Below are positions 26,057 through 35,200 of a stretch of 64,000 nucleotides of DNA, one piece after another. A model generated the notes under the pieces. That model was not told the DNA's origin and searched no databases. It saw only the letters and a list, made by a program, of their open reading frames with translations. Source of the stretch: a virus; IMG/VR virus record IMGVR_UViG_3300034095_000847; one strand, given 5' to 3'. A program made the translations under genes and the position numbers. Each line of letters opens with the position of its first letter. Positions within the stretch are counted from its first letter, which is position 1.

Positions 26057-26257
26057 ATGAGAAAAGTAAAACAAAATTGGTTCTCAACCTTAAATGAAAC
26101 ACTTCAATCAGAAGATTTAACAAATCTATGGCCTCTTGGATTAAACATAGGTTATGGAGAGACTGCTAGATTTACAACTGATTGTGGTAGACTTATTTCT
26201 GTATTTCGTGAAACTAACGGTTTATATGAAAGACCTGTACACTATAAAGCACTTTAA
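26057..26257 (+). CDS. hypothetical protein
   Basis: First ORF after promoter cassette. Confidence 0.65.
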   Translation: MRKVKQNWFSTLNETLQSEDLTNLWPLGLNIGYGETARFTTDCGRLISVFRETNGLYERPVHYKAL

Positions 26258-26269
26258 TAGGATTATAAT

Positions 26270-26509
26270 ATGAATAGAAATATATTTGGCGAAATATGCG
26301 AAGGTGAAATGGACAAATCTGACTTTGATGAATGGTTAATCCAATATACTGAAGATGTATGCAATACAGTTAATAAAACTGAAGAAATTAATTTAACTTC
26401 ATTAAAAGAATGGGCTACTTCCAATGAACAAGTTTGGGATTCATTTGAAGTAGGTTATGAGACAGCTCGTAATAGAGTAAAATCTTTATTAGGAATTAGT
26501 GATGAATAA
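26270..26509 (+). CDS. hypothetical protein
   Basis: AGGA RBS. Confidence 0.6.
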   Translation: MNRNIFGEICEGEMDKSDFDEWLIQYTEDVCNTVNKTEEINLTSLKEWATSNEQVWDSFEVGYETARNRVKSLLGISDE

Positions 26510-26762
26510 TTGTTATGATGAAATATTAAATGCTGCTACTCACCGTAAATTTAATATTTTAAAAGAGATTAAACAGAATCTTTCCGATGAAATTAAATCT
26601 CTTGATGAATTTTTTAATAATTTTCTTATTAATAATAATCTTGACCGTAAAAAGAAAATAGTAAGCAATTGGAAAATCTATAGAGATAAAACAGATGAAT
26701 ATTGTGAAGTTGTTGATAATCTTAAATTAGTAAAATATTACCTGGAGAAATTTAATGTTTGA
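26499..26762 (+). CDS. hypothetical protein
   Basis: ORF in operon before gp33. Confidence 0.6.
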   Translation: MMNNCYDEILNAATHRKFNILKEIKQNLSDEIKSLDEFFNNFLINNNLDRKKKIVSNWKIYRDKTDEYCEVVDNLKLVKYYLEKFNV

Positions 26763-26970
26763 ATCCGCAAATGACTTTTCATTGCATATAGAAACACTTG
26801 CGAACCAAAAAAATATTGGGGTAGTTGATGCTCTATTAGAATATTGTAATGAAAATTTTATTGAACCTGAAGAGGTTACTAAGTTAATTAATAAATCTTT
26901 AAAAGATAAACTTGAAATGCACTTTATAGATATGAATTATTTACCAAAGCAAGCTTTTTTAGATTTTTAA
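26755..26970 (+). CDS. 33: late transcription coactivator gp33
   Basis: F...F...IE......DA...YC..N.IE.E....LI.K.LK.K; synteny 33-59-32. Confidence 0.85.
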   Translation: MFESANDFSLHIETLANQKNIGVVDALLEYCNENFIEPEEVTKLINKSLKDKLEMHFIDMNYLPKQAFLDF

Positions 26971-27602
26971 TGGATGGGTATTCAGCATATAAGTTCTATT
27001 TAGCTATTAGATTACATTATACTAGAGACTCATATGACGTCTTTAAAAATAGAGGTGTAGTAAAGTATTCTAGAGAGTTATTTGATAAAAGAAATGATAG
27101 ATCATTATTTGAGAAACTCTCTAAAAAATATCCAAAGGAACCACAACTTATTCAGTTTTATGTATCAAATTTTGCGTATGGTAATGATTCTCCTGTATAT
27201 GAATTATCACATGCCGAAACATATTATACAAATTGGCTTAGACGTAAAGAAAGTATCACACAAGTATTTACAGATGAACTAAATTGTATTATAATAGACT
27301 CAGAGAAAAATAAATTATCAAAGGAAGAAGTACTTGAGTTTGGTTTTTGTCAACCTCCAAGTATATTAACTCTTCTTATTAGTAATAGAATTTCTCTAGA
27401 AACTGTGTGTATTCTTAATGACTTCATGGATTTAATTAGTACTTGGCATATGTCAGGTTATATGCAAACCATGTGGGAAAAGGATATACGCAGAATTTGC
27501 AAATCTAAACGGTTTGTAAAATATAATCGAGATAAGATAACATCGATTATAAATAACTTTGTAGAAGATTTAAATCAACTACAATATACTACGCAAATAT
27601 AA
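26970..27602 (+). CDS. 59: helicase loader gp59
   Basis: Y..YLAI.LH....YD.FK..G, F.KR.D...F.KL, ISLET..IL; synteny. Confidence 0.85.
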   Translation: MDGYSAYKFYLAIRLHYTRDSYDVFKNRGVVKYSRELFDKRNDRSLFEKLSKKYPKEPQLIQFYVSNFAYGNDSPVYELSHAETYYTNWLRRKESITQVFTDELNCIIIDSEKNKLSKEEVLEFGFCQPPSILTLLISNRISLETVCILNDFMDLISTWHMSGYMQTMWEKDIRRICKSKRFVKYNRDKITSIINNFVEDLNQLQYTTQI

Positions 27603-27628
27603 ACATACTTCGCTAACAAGGAAAAATT

Positions 27629-28537
27629 ATGTCACTTGATATTACAGCTTTACGCAAATCCCGCACAACTGATTTTGCTAAAATCACATCTGAAATCGAT
27701 AAAATTTCAAATCCTCAATCTCAATCTAGAAACGATAATCGAGTTTGGAAACTTACCGTAGATAAAGCAGGCAATGGTACTGCAACTATTCGTTTCTTGC
27801 CACGTATTGATGGTGATGAGAATGAATTACCTTGGGCTAAAGTATTCTCACATGGCTTTCAAGGTCCTACCGGTAAATGGTATATTGAAAACAATCTGAA
27901 TACTATTAACCTAGAAGATCCTGTTTCACAGTTAAATTCTCAATTGTGGAATTCAGGTATAGAAGCTAATAAAGAAATTGCACGTAAACAAAAACGTCGT
28001 TTATCTTATTATGCAAATATCTTAGTTGTTTCTGATCCAAAGAATCCTGAAAATGAAGGTAAAGTTTTCATGTTTAAATTTGGTAAGAAGATCTTCGATA
28101 AGATTATGGATAAAGCAAAACCTACTTTTGAAGATGAAACACCTATAAACGTATTTGATCTCTGGGATGGAGCTAATTTTAAACTACGTCAACGTACGGT
28201 TGCTAGTTATCCTAATTATGATGAGTCTACATTTTCTGATTCAATTCCAGTAACAGAGAATGATGATACACTTGTGAATATTATGAATTTACGACATAAT
28301 TTACAAGAATGGTTATATCCAAGTAGTTTTAAAGATTATGATGTTTTAAAGAAAAAGTTAGATTCTGTTTTAGCAGGTGATAGTTATACACCAAAGACTG
28401 CTGAACAGATTGCTGAAGAGTTTGATGTACCTTCTGCTCCTAAAGTAACACAAGTTGCAAAACCTGTGTCTATATCAGTAACTGATGATGACGATGATAC
28501 TATGGCCTATTTTGCTAAATTGGCGGCGGAAGATTAA
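27629..28537 (+). CDS. 32: single-stranded DNA-binding protein gp32
   Basis: DKAGNG.A.IRFLP, HGFQGP.G.WYIEN, KFGKKIFDKI, YPNYD.S.F, acidic tail YF.KLA.ED. Confidence 0.95.
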   Translation: MSLDITALRKSRTTDFAKITSEIDKISNPQSQSRNDNRVWKLTVDKAGNGTATIRFLPRIDGDENELPWAKVFSHGFQGPTGKWYIENNLNTINLEDPVSQLNSQLWNSGIEANKEIARKQKRRLSYYANILVVSDPKNPENEGKVFMFKFGKKIFDKIMDKAKPTFEDETPINVFDLWDGANFKLRQRTVASYPNYDESTFSDSIPVTENDDTLVNIMNLRHNLQEWLYPSSFKDYDVLKKKLDSVLAGDSYTPKTAEQIAEEFDVPSAPKVTQVAKPVSISVTDDDDDTMAYFAKLAAED

Positions 28538-28558
28538 TCTTAAATCTCTGGTAAATTT

Positions 28559-28583
28559 AAGGGGACTTAACGTCCCCTTTTTT
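28559..28583. terminator. intrinsic terminator between convergent gp32 and tape-measure genes
   Basis: AAGGGGAC-TTAAC-GTCCCCTT followed by a T-run. Confidence 0.9.
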
Positions 28584-30513
28584 AATTAATTGCGTAGCAA
28601 CTTGAAATGTATCTAGATGATGTACTATCTGGATTTCTTGATGGTAATCTAACTGCAGTACTATTAACAGTACTATTAGATGTATTTACTGTAGGTGCTG
28701 ATACTACGGTATTTCCTGCAGATTTTATAGCATCTTCTTTAGCTACTTCTGTTGCAGTTGTTTTTGCTGCTACAACATCAGCAGTCTTTGGTGTAATAGC
28801 TTCTGCATTTGATACAATATCTGTAGGTTTAGGTGTAATAGCTTCTGCATTTGATACAATATCTGTAGGTTTAGGTGTAATAGCTTCTGCATTTGTACCT
28901 TGTTTTAATTGTTCAAATCTTGCAACCATTTCTGGTTCATCTTTGAAGTCTTTACCTTGCTCTGATAATATTATAGCACGCTTTTTTAAGTCTTCTGCTG
29001 ACATGTTGGCAACAGGCTTTTTCATGAACTCGTCAGTTGCTTTAGTTTCACTTGGTTGTTCTACAGGATTAATTTCTTTGCTTTTTTCTTCTAGATCTTT
29101 TTCTTTTTTTACTTTTTCTACTTCAACTCGTTTTGCTTTTCTATCTGCTTTTAATTCTTTAAAAGTTTTAGGTTCTGTTACTTCCATTTTCATAGATGCA
29201 ATATCTTCAGACATTGCTTTATATGGATAAAATGGTCCTATTTTTTTATCGCCGCCTAGTACATCTGGCAAAGGAATTGTAACTTCTGGAATACCAAGTC
29301 CAGCAAATAATCCATAGAAATCACTAACTAAAGTTAAAAATCCATTTGCGACACTTTTTAATGTATTACTAACTAAATCAATAACTACATAGAAAGAATC
29401 CATTATATCTTCAAAGACATCTTCAACTGTAAAAGATTCTAGTTGTTTTTGTACATTTTCAAATCCAAGTTTACCTGCAATCCAAGCAACTGCTTCACGT
29501 AACATATCTAATGGAGCAACAAATAATGATTTAAAAAGTCCTTCTACAGCACCTTGTATAGCTCCAATTATACCACCTTGTTCATAACCTTCTATTGCGC
29601 CTTTAACAGTATCCCATGCAGTCATAAGTATAGTAACGGGTAACATTAATTTACCTACTATACCAAATACTGAAGTAAACATTTTAGTAAATTTACCTAA
29701 AACTTCACCAATGCCTGTAAAGATTCCTTTTACTTTACCAACTGGACCAGATATTAAATCTTTAATAATTTTGAAAGCATCCATAAAAGGTTCTATTAAA
29801 CGTGTTAATAGAGGTTCACGTTGATTTCCAAAAAATCTATTAAATTTATCTAAAGATGTTGATACAAATGGTTTTTTAACAAAATCAATTATTTTATTAA
29901 ATATATCGAAAAATGATTGTAATGGTTTTGATTCAAATATGGATTTAAATGATTTAGAAAATGCAGATTTAAATCCACCTATTATTTCAGCAATTACTTT
30001 TTCAAAGTTTTTATCAAACTTTTTAAATTTTTGGAATAGTTTTTCAGGAGTTAATAAGTCAATCCAGAATTTAATATTTTTTACATAGGCACCAATTAAT
30101 CCGCCTAATGAAGCTAAGCTAATTCCAATACCTGATATAATTGGACCAAGAGATAAACCTTCTTTAATATCTTTTAATGGTTCTTTTTTATCTTTACCTA
30201 AATCTTGTAATGCTTTAAGCATTGCAGCATTTGATTTTGCTGTTTCTGCCTTTTCTTCATTAGTAGTGATAGGCATTGCCAAGAATTTATCTTTAATTTT
30301 ATTTAAAGATTCTAAAATAGCATTAGAGATAAGACGCATATCACGTAATTCATCTACTAATATATTATCATCATCTAAAGCTTTCTTCTCTTCAACCAAT
30401 TGGCCAAGTTCAATTAGTTTAGAAGCGGCAAGAGTTCCATGAATTTCATTAAGAGAAACTAATTGTTTCTCCAATAAATCTTGCATTGATCTTTGTGTAG
30501 GACGATTAGCCAT
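28582..30513 (-). CDS. tape measure / baseplate hub gp29-like protein
   Basis: Long helical amphipathic protein downstream of gp26/gp51; C-terminal VVSAPT.N..N. Confidence 0.6.
   Translation of the reverse strand: MANRPTQRSMQDLLEKQLVSLNEIHGTLAASKLIELGQLVEEKKALDDDNILVDELRDMRLISNAILESLNKIKDKFLAMPITTNEEKAETAKSNAAMLKALQDLGKDKKEPLKDIKEGLSLGPIISGIGISLASLGGLIGAYVKNIKFWIDLLTPEKLFQKFKKFDKNFEKVIAEIIGGFKSAFSKSFKSIFESKPLQSFFDIFNKIIDFVKKPFVSTSLDKFNRFFGNQREPLLTRLIEPFMDAFKIIKDLISGPVGKVKGIFTGIGEVLGKFTKMFTSVFGIVGKLMLPVTILMTAWDTVKGAIEGYEQGGIIGAIQGAVEGLFKSLFVAPLDMLREAVAWIAGKLGFENVQKQLESFTVEDVFEDIMDSFYVVIDLVSNTLKSVANGFLTLVSDFYGLFAGLGIPEVTIPLPDVLGGDKKIGPFYPYKAMSEDIASMKMEVTEPKTFKELKADRKAKRVEVEKVKKEKDLEEKSKEINPVEQPSETKATDEFMKKPVANMSAEDLKKRAIILSEQGKDFKDEPEMVARFEQLKQGTNAEAITPKPTDIVSNAEAITPKPTDIVSNAEAITPKTADVVAAKTTATEVAKEDAIKSAGNTVVSAPTVNTSNSTVNSTAVRLPSRNPDSTSSRYISSCYAIN
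28790..28895. repeat. 42-bp tandem repeat, about 2.5 copies (NAEAITPKPTDIVS)
   Basis: GGTGTAATAGCTTCTGCATTTGATACAATATCTGTAGGTTTA repeated exactly. Confidence 0.9.
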
Positions 30514-30667
30514 TTTGTTTACTCTGAATCCTTTGTTTTTCTTCTTCCAAATAGTTTATTAACAAAGCAACATATATTTCTTTCTCAAATGGTATTAAAT
30601 TTTCTATCTCTGCCAACGAATATTTGTGGTGTTGCATTAAAGCAAAATTCATTTTATAATAATTCAT
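30506..30667 (-). CDS. 51: baseplate hub assembly protein, gp51-like (short form; possibly the -1 frame extension of gp26)
   Basis: Read manually: MNYYKMNFALMQHHKYSLAEIENLIPFEKEIYVALLINYLEEEK. Confidence 0.8.
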   Translation of the reverse strand: MNYYKMNFALMQHHKYSLAEIENLIPFEKEIYVALLINYLEEEKQRIQSKQNG

Positions 30668-30690
30668 CAATGATTCGTGGCAAAGATTTA

Positions 30691-31404
30691 CTAAAAAAAA
30701 GATTGTATACCACTCAAGGTTGCTTCATTGTGGGCATTGCATATTGGACATGTATATTCAATATCTTTACTAATTTTTGGCATAGTTTCAAAGAACTTCT
30801 GAAGTTTGCCAAATTGTTCTGTTGTTAAGTTATTTAAAAATTCTTTTAATTCTGCTGGAGTTGTCTCATTTGCATGATATAATTGTTCATCATCATAGAT
30901 ATAATCAATGCAGTCAATAATAATTTTGAATATATCATCTACATTATTATTAGTAATATCTTCTAATTTTTTAATTATATTAATGCTTGGATATTTTAAT
31001 ACAATACCTACATTACCAAATAATGATATTTTGTTAGTATGTTCAGGATCTTTTTTTACTTCAAGTTGGGTCAAATCAAACTTAACTTTTACCTTAGCAT
31101 TTGGATCATCACAATGTTGGCATTTAAAAAGTAACTCAACTTCTTCGCCAACTGACTTTGCTCTAATCTGGGTAAAGATATATTCCAAGTCAAATAATGC
31201 TAATTTAGTAACATCAATGTCATCTTTTACACAAGATTTAATAACTTCTTGCAAAGTATTAACCATTATGTTTGGATCTTCACTTTGTTGGGCTATCAGT
31301 AATGCTTTTTCTTCTTTTACAAGAAATGATCTATATTTAACTTCTTTATTTGATGAAGGTATAGTTAATTGATATACCGGTGTACTATTAACTGGCAATG
31401 CCAT
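30691..31404 (-). CDS. 26: baseplate hub subunit gp26
   Basis: MALP...TP.Y.L.IPS....KYR.FLVKEEK.LL.A, FD.EYIF..IRAKSVGE, CxxC twice, ends in FF. Confidence 0.85.
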   Translation of the reverse strand: MALPVNSTPVYQLTIPSSNKEVKYRSFLVKEEKALLIAQQSEDPNIMVNTLQEVIKSCVKDDIDVTKLALFDLEYIFTQIRAKSVGEEVELLFKCQHCDDPNAKVKVKFDLTQLEVKKDPEHTNKISLFGNVGIVLKYPSINIIKKLEDITNNNVDDIFKIIIDCIDYIYDDEQLYHANETTPAELKEFLNNLTTEQFGKLQKFFETMPKISKDIEYTCPICNAHNEATLSGIQSFF

Positions 31405-31408
31405 TGTA

Positions 31409-31840
31409 TTATTCTCCTTTATGCATATTATGAATCATTGTTGCCAAATCATTAGTACTTCCAACAAATATAGCATTGTTAGTAACTTGACTTGCGGGTT
31501 CTTCTTTTTTCTTTTCTGTGCCTGACAGTTTTTGTTTCTGTGAGTGTGCATCTAATAATTGTTGGTTCATATCAGCAAGTTGCTTCATTAATGTACCAAC
31601 AACTTCGTATGCTCGAGGATGTTCGCTTTGCTTAGCAACCTCGATCATATCATAAAGGGCCGACCTCCCTGTCGATAACAACTCCTTAATATTTCCGCGT
31701 ACGTGATCGAAATCATTTTCGATATATTGCTCTTGAGTTCCTTTGGGAGTAGGAACTATGTCATCCATACGCGGACTTATTTGTGTATATTCTATAGGTT
31801 CCAAGTCAAATACTTCTGATAATTTATCATCCATTTTCAT
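31409..31840 (-). CDS. 16: terminase small subunit gp16-like
   Basis: A..SEHPRAYEV...L.K, NNAIFVGST..L. Confidence 0.75.
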   Translation of the reverse strand: MKMDDKLSEVFDLEPIEYTQISPRMDDIVPTPKGTQEQYIENDFDHVRGNIKELLSTGRSALYDMIEVAKQSEHPRAYEVVGTLMKQLADMNQQLLDAHSQKQKLSGTEKKKEEPASQVTNNAIFVGSTNDLATMIHNMHKGE

Positions 31841-31845
31841 AGTAA

Positions 31846-31853
31846 TATTTATA
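31846..31853 (-). promoter_or_regulatory. T4-type late promoter
   Basis: TATAAATA on the minus strand just upstream of 31840. Confidence 0.65.
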
Positions 31854-32571
31854 CGTTATATCCAGCAATTGATGTAAGTTTATTTTGTAAACCGGTTAAA
31901 CCATAATTCATTAGTAAACCTCCTACAGGAGAACTTGCAATTCCATTGAATACTCCGGCAATTTCGGAAAATAATCCATCATTTGTTTTATTTAATAAAT
32001 CTGTATCGTCATATGTATATCCACCAATTGGTATCCAATACTTATATGCTAAAGTTACTGATAGTTTCATTAAGTCTTTTGAGGCTGAATCCATTTGAAT
32101 AGCACCTACTGTTTTAGGATAGCATTCTCTTAACTCAACCATATATTTAGTTTTACTTGCAATATCTTCTACACCAATTTGTATAGGTTTTATATAGTTT
32201 GCATAATAATTAAATGATCTTGTAACTGGATTTTGTATACTATATTGCCAATCATCAAAGTATTTCTTTACCTTCATTTCATTGTCTACATAAAATGAAA
32301 GAGAAAGGTTATCATACATTCTTTGATAAGGAGCTTCTCTTGTTTCACCATACGTTAGATTTGGCGCAGTATTATAATTTAATCCTGGTATTTGTACTTG
32401 GTCACAAAACATAGAAACTAGTTTTGGATCTTTGTTTTCATTGGTGTCTGATAAAATAAAAGGCATAAGAACTGAATATCGTGCGGTTCTCATTAACCCA
32501 GATACTTTTACTTCCGATATAAAATCTGATAGTAGACTCATTAATTCATCATCCTTTTTGACTCTTGCCAA
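31849..32571 (-). CDS. tail-tube initiator gp54-like (tube-fold) protein
   Basis: C..V.IPG, FYVD.....K.YFD.WQ, YP..VG.I.M.......KLSVT.AYKYW. Confidence 0.7.
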   Translation of the reverse strand: MARVKKDDELMSLLSDFISEVKVSGLMRTARYSVLMPFILSDTNENKDPKLVSMFCDQVQIPGLNYNTAPNLTYGETREAPYQRMYDNLSLSFYVDNEMKVKKYFDDWQYSIQNPVTRSFNYYANYIKPIQIGVEDIASKTKYMVELRECYPKTVGAIQMDSASKDLMKLSVTLAYKYWIPIGGYTYDDTDLLNKTNDGLFSEIAGVFNGIASSPVGGLLMNYGLTGLQNKLTSIAGYNV

Positions 32572-33146
32572 ACTTTAGCCTTGTTAGCACCTACAAATCC
32601 TTCTACTGGTAACATCATAGCAGTTGCCCAATTGTTGGCTGTAATTTCTCTGCATTGAGTACGTATATGCGAGTTTAAATATCTATGAATACATGGTTCT
32701 GCAAATTTAAACTTCGATATACCGGATATCAATTGCCAAGAATATCTCAACCTAGTATTTTCATCCATATTCTTATTAGTTGCAAATACCATCATCTTAT
32801 CAAGAAGTTTAATTCTTAATTGATAAGGTAAATAATGAAAATTTAATCCATAAAATCCATCTTTAGTTTTCTCATATGGAAACACTAAAGGAAACATATC
32901 CCAATATGGTAATGTTGATTTATGTTTAGCATCATATCTGTACAAATATAATTTTCCCGGCATTATTTTACCAATAGAGGTAAATTGTGGAGCAGTCTTT
33001 AATACATTACTACCATTTATATGTTGATGATGTAATAGCAATATCTGCTGATCAAACCAAGATTTACTTGCTCTAGATGCTTGGGGTAGACTGTATTTGT
33101 TTTTCTCAAATACATCTAACAATGTGGGTTCTTTTATATTTGCCAT
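32541..33146 (-). CDS. 2: DNA end protector gp2
   Basis: PGKLY...YDAKHK.TLPYWD.FPL, GLNFHYLP...R, C...YL..H. Confidence 0.85.
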   Translation of the reverse strand: MANIKEPTLLDVFEKNKYSLPQASRASKSWFDQQILLLHHQHINGSNVLKTAPQFTSIGKIMPGKLYLYRYDAKHKSTLPYWDMFPLVFPYEKTKDGFYGLNFHYLPYQLRIKLLDKMMVFATNKNMDENTRLRYSWQLISGISKFKFAEPCIHRYLNSHIRTQCREITANNWATAMMLPVEGFVGANKAKVWQESKRMMN

Positions 33147-33149
33147 ATA

Positions 33150-33599
33150 CTATTTATTAGTTAACCCAAGATGATGTTCGGTTAATATTACAAATTCCCA
33201 ACTACGATCTGATGCATAATTCTTTGCGGCATCCCATTTAGATTGATTTTTCATAAATGTCATAGATTCATTTAAGTATCTTTTTGTTTGTCTTCCTGGA
33301 TATTTTGGAGGCATAGTTTGGCCATGTGGTTTAATTTCAACTAAATATGTTTTAAGTTTACCTTCTTTATTTCTTACTTGTATTCTAAAATCTAAAAAGT
33401 ATCTATGCCATTTATTATCAGTTGCGCATATATAGGGAACAATTGTTTCTTCTGATTGCCAATTAATAACTGAATTTGAACCATCACACCAATTCATAAA
33501 TTTTAATTCCCACGAAGATCTATAGACAACATTAGTAGGATCACCTATATATTTGTTTGGATATTTTGGTTTATAAATTCCTTGATGATACTTCGCCAT
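33150..33599 (-). CDS. 4: head completion nuclease gp4
   Basis: P..P.KY.GDP..VVYRSSWE..FM.WCD, W.SEE..VPY, HRYF.DF, VEIKP, N..KW.AA. Confidence 0.9.
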   Translation of the reverse strand: MAKYHQGIYKPKYPNKYIGDPTNVVYRSSWELKFMNWCDGSNSVINWQSEETIVPYICATDNKWHRYFLDFRIQVRNKEGKLKTYLVEIKPHGQTMPPKYPGRQTKRYLNESMTFMKNQSKWDAAKNYASDRSWEFVILTEHHLGLTNK

Positions 33600-33605
33600 T
33601 TTTAA

Positions 33606-33638
33606 TATAAATAAGTAAACAAAACCATTCTATTTATA
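33606..33638. promoter_or_regulatory. pair of face-to-face late promoters for the divergent gp48 (+) and gp4 (-) operons
   Basis: TATAAATA at 33606-33613 (+) and 33631-33638 (-). Confidence 0.85.
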
Positions 33639-33650
33639 GGTTCTCAACAT

Positions 33651-34709
33651 ATGTCATATTTAGACTATATAAATGACAAGTACGATATAACAAGTTTGTC
33701 ATATCCATCAGACATACAATCACCAGAATATGGTGGTAATATGGTTGTGATTTATATTAATGTTGCAACAGCTTCCAAGTTTTTACCTCCACCAAATCAA
33801 ACATATGATATGAAAGATTTGGATATCCAAAGAGATAGAGGTGTAGTTCTTGGTAGACCAATTTCTAGTATAAATGCTGCTGTTTCTTCTGCTTTAGGTG
33901 GAGCTATGGGAGGTCTTATTGGTGGAGTTTTAGGTGGATTTGGCAGTATTGCTACAGGTGCTACTGTTATAGGAGGTGCTGCAGCATGGGCTGCAGGTGA
34001 TATAGCAGGAACAACTACACGAGAGCAGAAAAGGTTAAAAACAGCAATTGCTCTTCATATGCCAAACTCTTTGAATATTAGATACACTACTTCATGGTCA
34101 GAAGAAGATGCAGGAACTGTTGAAGCATTATCTCAAGTAGGTGAAGATGCTATAGGATTACTTAAATCTTTAAAAGATGTAAATTTATCTAATATGGTTC
34201 CTGAGTCTAGTAAAAATGCAGGAAGTACATTAGGTAAAGATGCTAAATCTATTGCTGCATCTGAAGCATTACAAAGAATGGGTACAATGTCAGCTAGAAC
34301 TGGATTGGCTGGTAATCCAAAGAGAGAAATGGTATTTAAAGGTGTTGACTTTAGAACATTCTCATTTGATTATAACTTCTTTCCAAGAGATGAAAAAGAA
34401 GCAGAACATGTGTACAATATAATTTTTCAATTAAAATTACATATGTTGCCTGAATATAAAGAAGAAACAAATAACTTCTTATACATTTATCCTTCTGAGT
34501 TTGATATAAGTTACTTTTCTGGTAATGGACTTAATCAATATATTCATAGACATCCTTCTTGTGTACTTACCGAGTTAAGTGTAAACTATACTCCAAATGG
34601 TAATTTTACTACCTTTGCAAATGGTATGCCAACTCAAATTGCTATCACCATGTCATTTAAAGAATTGACAAACCCAACAAAAGAATCTATACAAGGAAGA
34701 GGTTACTAA
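33651..34709 (+). CDS. 48: baseplate tail-tube cap gp48
   Basis: IAL.MP, NP..EM.FKGV.FR.FSF...F.PR..KEA, YP..F.I, CVLT..SVNYTP.G, G.P.......F.E. Confidence 0.85.
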   Translation: MSYLDYINDKYDITSLSYPSDIQSPEYGGNMVVIYINVATASKFLPPPNQTYDMKDLDIQRDRGVVLGRPISSINAAVSSALGGAMGGLIGGVLGGFGSIATGATVIGGAAAWAAGDIAGTTTREQKRLKTAIALHMPNSLNIRYTTSWSEEDAGTVEALSQVGEDAIGLLKSLKDVNLSNMVPESSKNAGSTLGKDAKSIAASEALQRMGTMSARTGLAGNPKREMVFKGVDFRTFSFDYNFFPRDEKEAEHVYNIIFQLKLHMLPEYKEETNNFLYIYPSEFDISYFSGNGLNQYIHRHPSCVLTELSVNYTPNGNFTTFANGMPTQIAITMSFKELTNPTKESIQGRGY

Positions 34710-35200
34710 TGTATTTTAAGAATTTTCCTAATATAATATATGATTTTGATATTGGGGGCAAGGATACTGCTTTATATTTAAGGGATATTACTCGTAATAT
34801 TAGATTCCGCCGAGATGTACTCGCAAATATAACAATATATGATGAGTATGATATAGTAGATAATGAAACACCTGAACATATAGCAGAAAAGTTATATAAT
34901 AATCCAAACTATCATTGGATTATTATGTTAGTCAATGAAAGATATGATTATCTTAATGACTTCCCATTATCATACTATGATTTAGAAAAGCATATTATTA
35001 ATTCATATGGTACTACTATGCATAATATACATCATTATGAAGATAGTAATGGATATATTGTAGATTCTACAAGTGTTGGTGCTTCTTCTATTACTAACTA
35101 TGAATATGAACAGCGTCTTAATGAATCTAAAAGAAGAATAAAGGTTGTACCAAAAGGCATTATTGAGCAAATAGTAACTGAATTTAAGAAAATACTATAA
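34709..35200 (+). CDS. 53: baseplate wedge gp53
   Basis: MYF..FP...Y, Y.I...ETPE.IA.KLY....YHWII..VN, HHYE, YE...NE.KR.I. Confidence 0.9.
   Translation: MYFKNFPNIIYDFDIGGKDTALYLRDITRNIRFRRDVLANITIYDEYDIVDNETPEHIAEKLYNNPNYHWIIMLVNERYDYLNDFPLSYYDLEKHIINSYGTTMHNIHHYEDSNGYIVDSTSVGASSITNYEYEQRLNESKRRIKVVPKGIIEQIVTEFKKIL

Noticed and set aside
28607-29230. 207-aa plus-strand ORF
   Set aside because: Antisense shadow of the tape-measure-like gene, lying beyond the gp32 terminator and lacking an RBS
30493-31372. Plus-strand ORFs 30493..30828 and 30908..31372
   Set aside because: Antisense shadows of gp51-like and gp26
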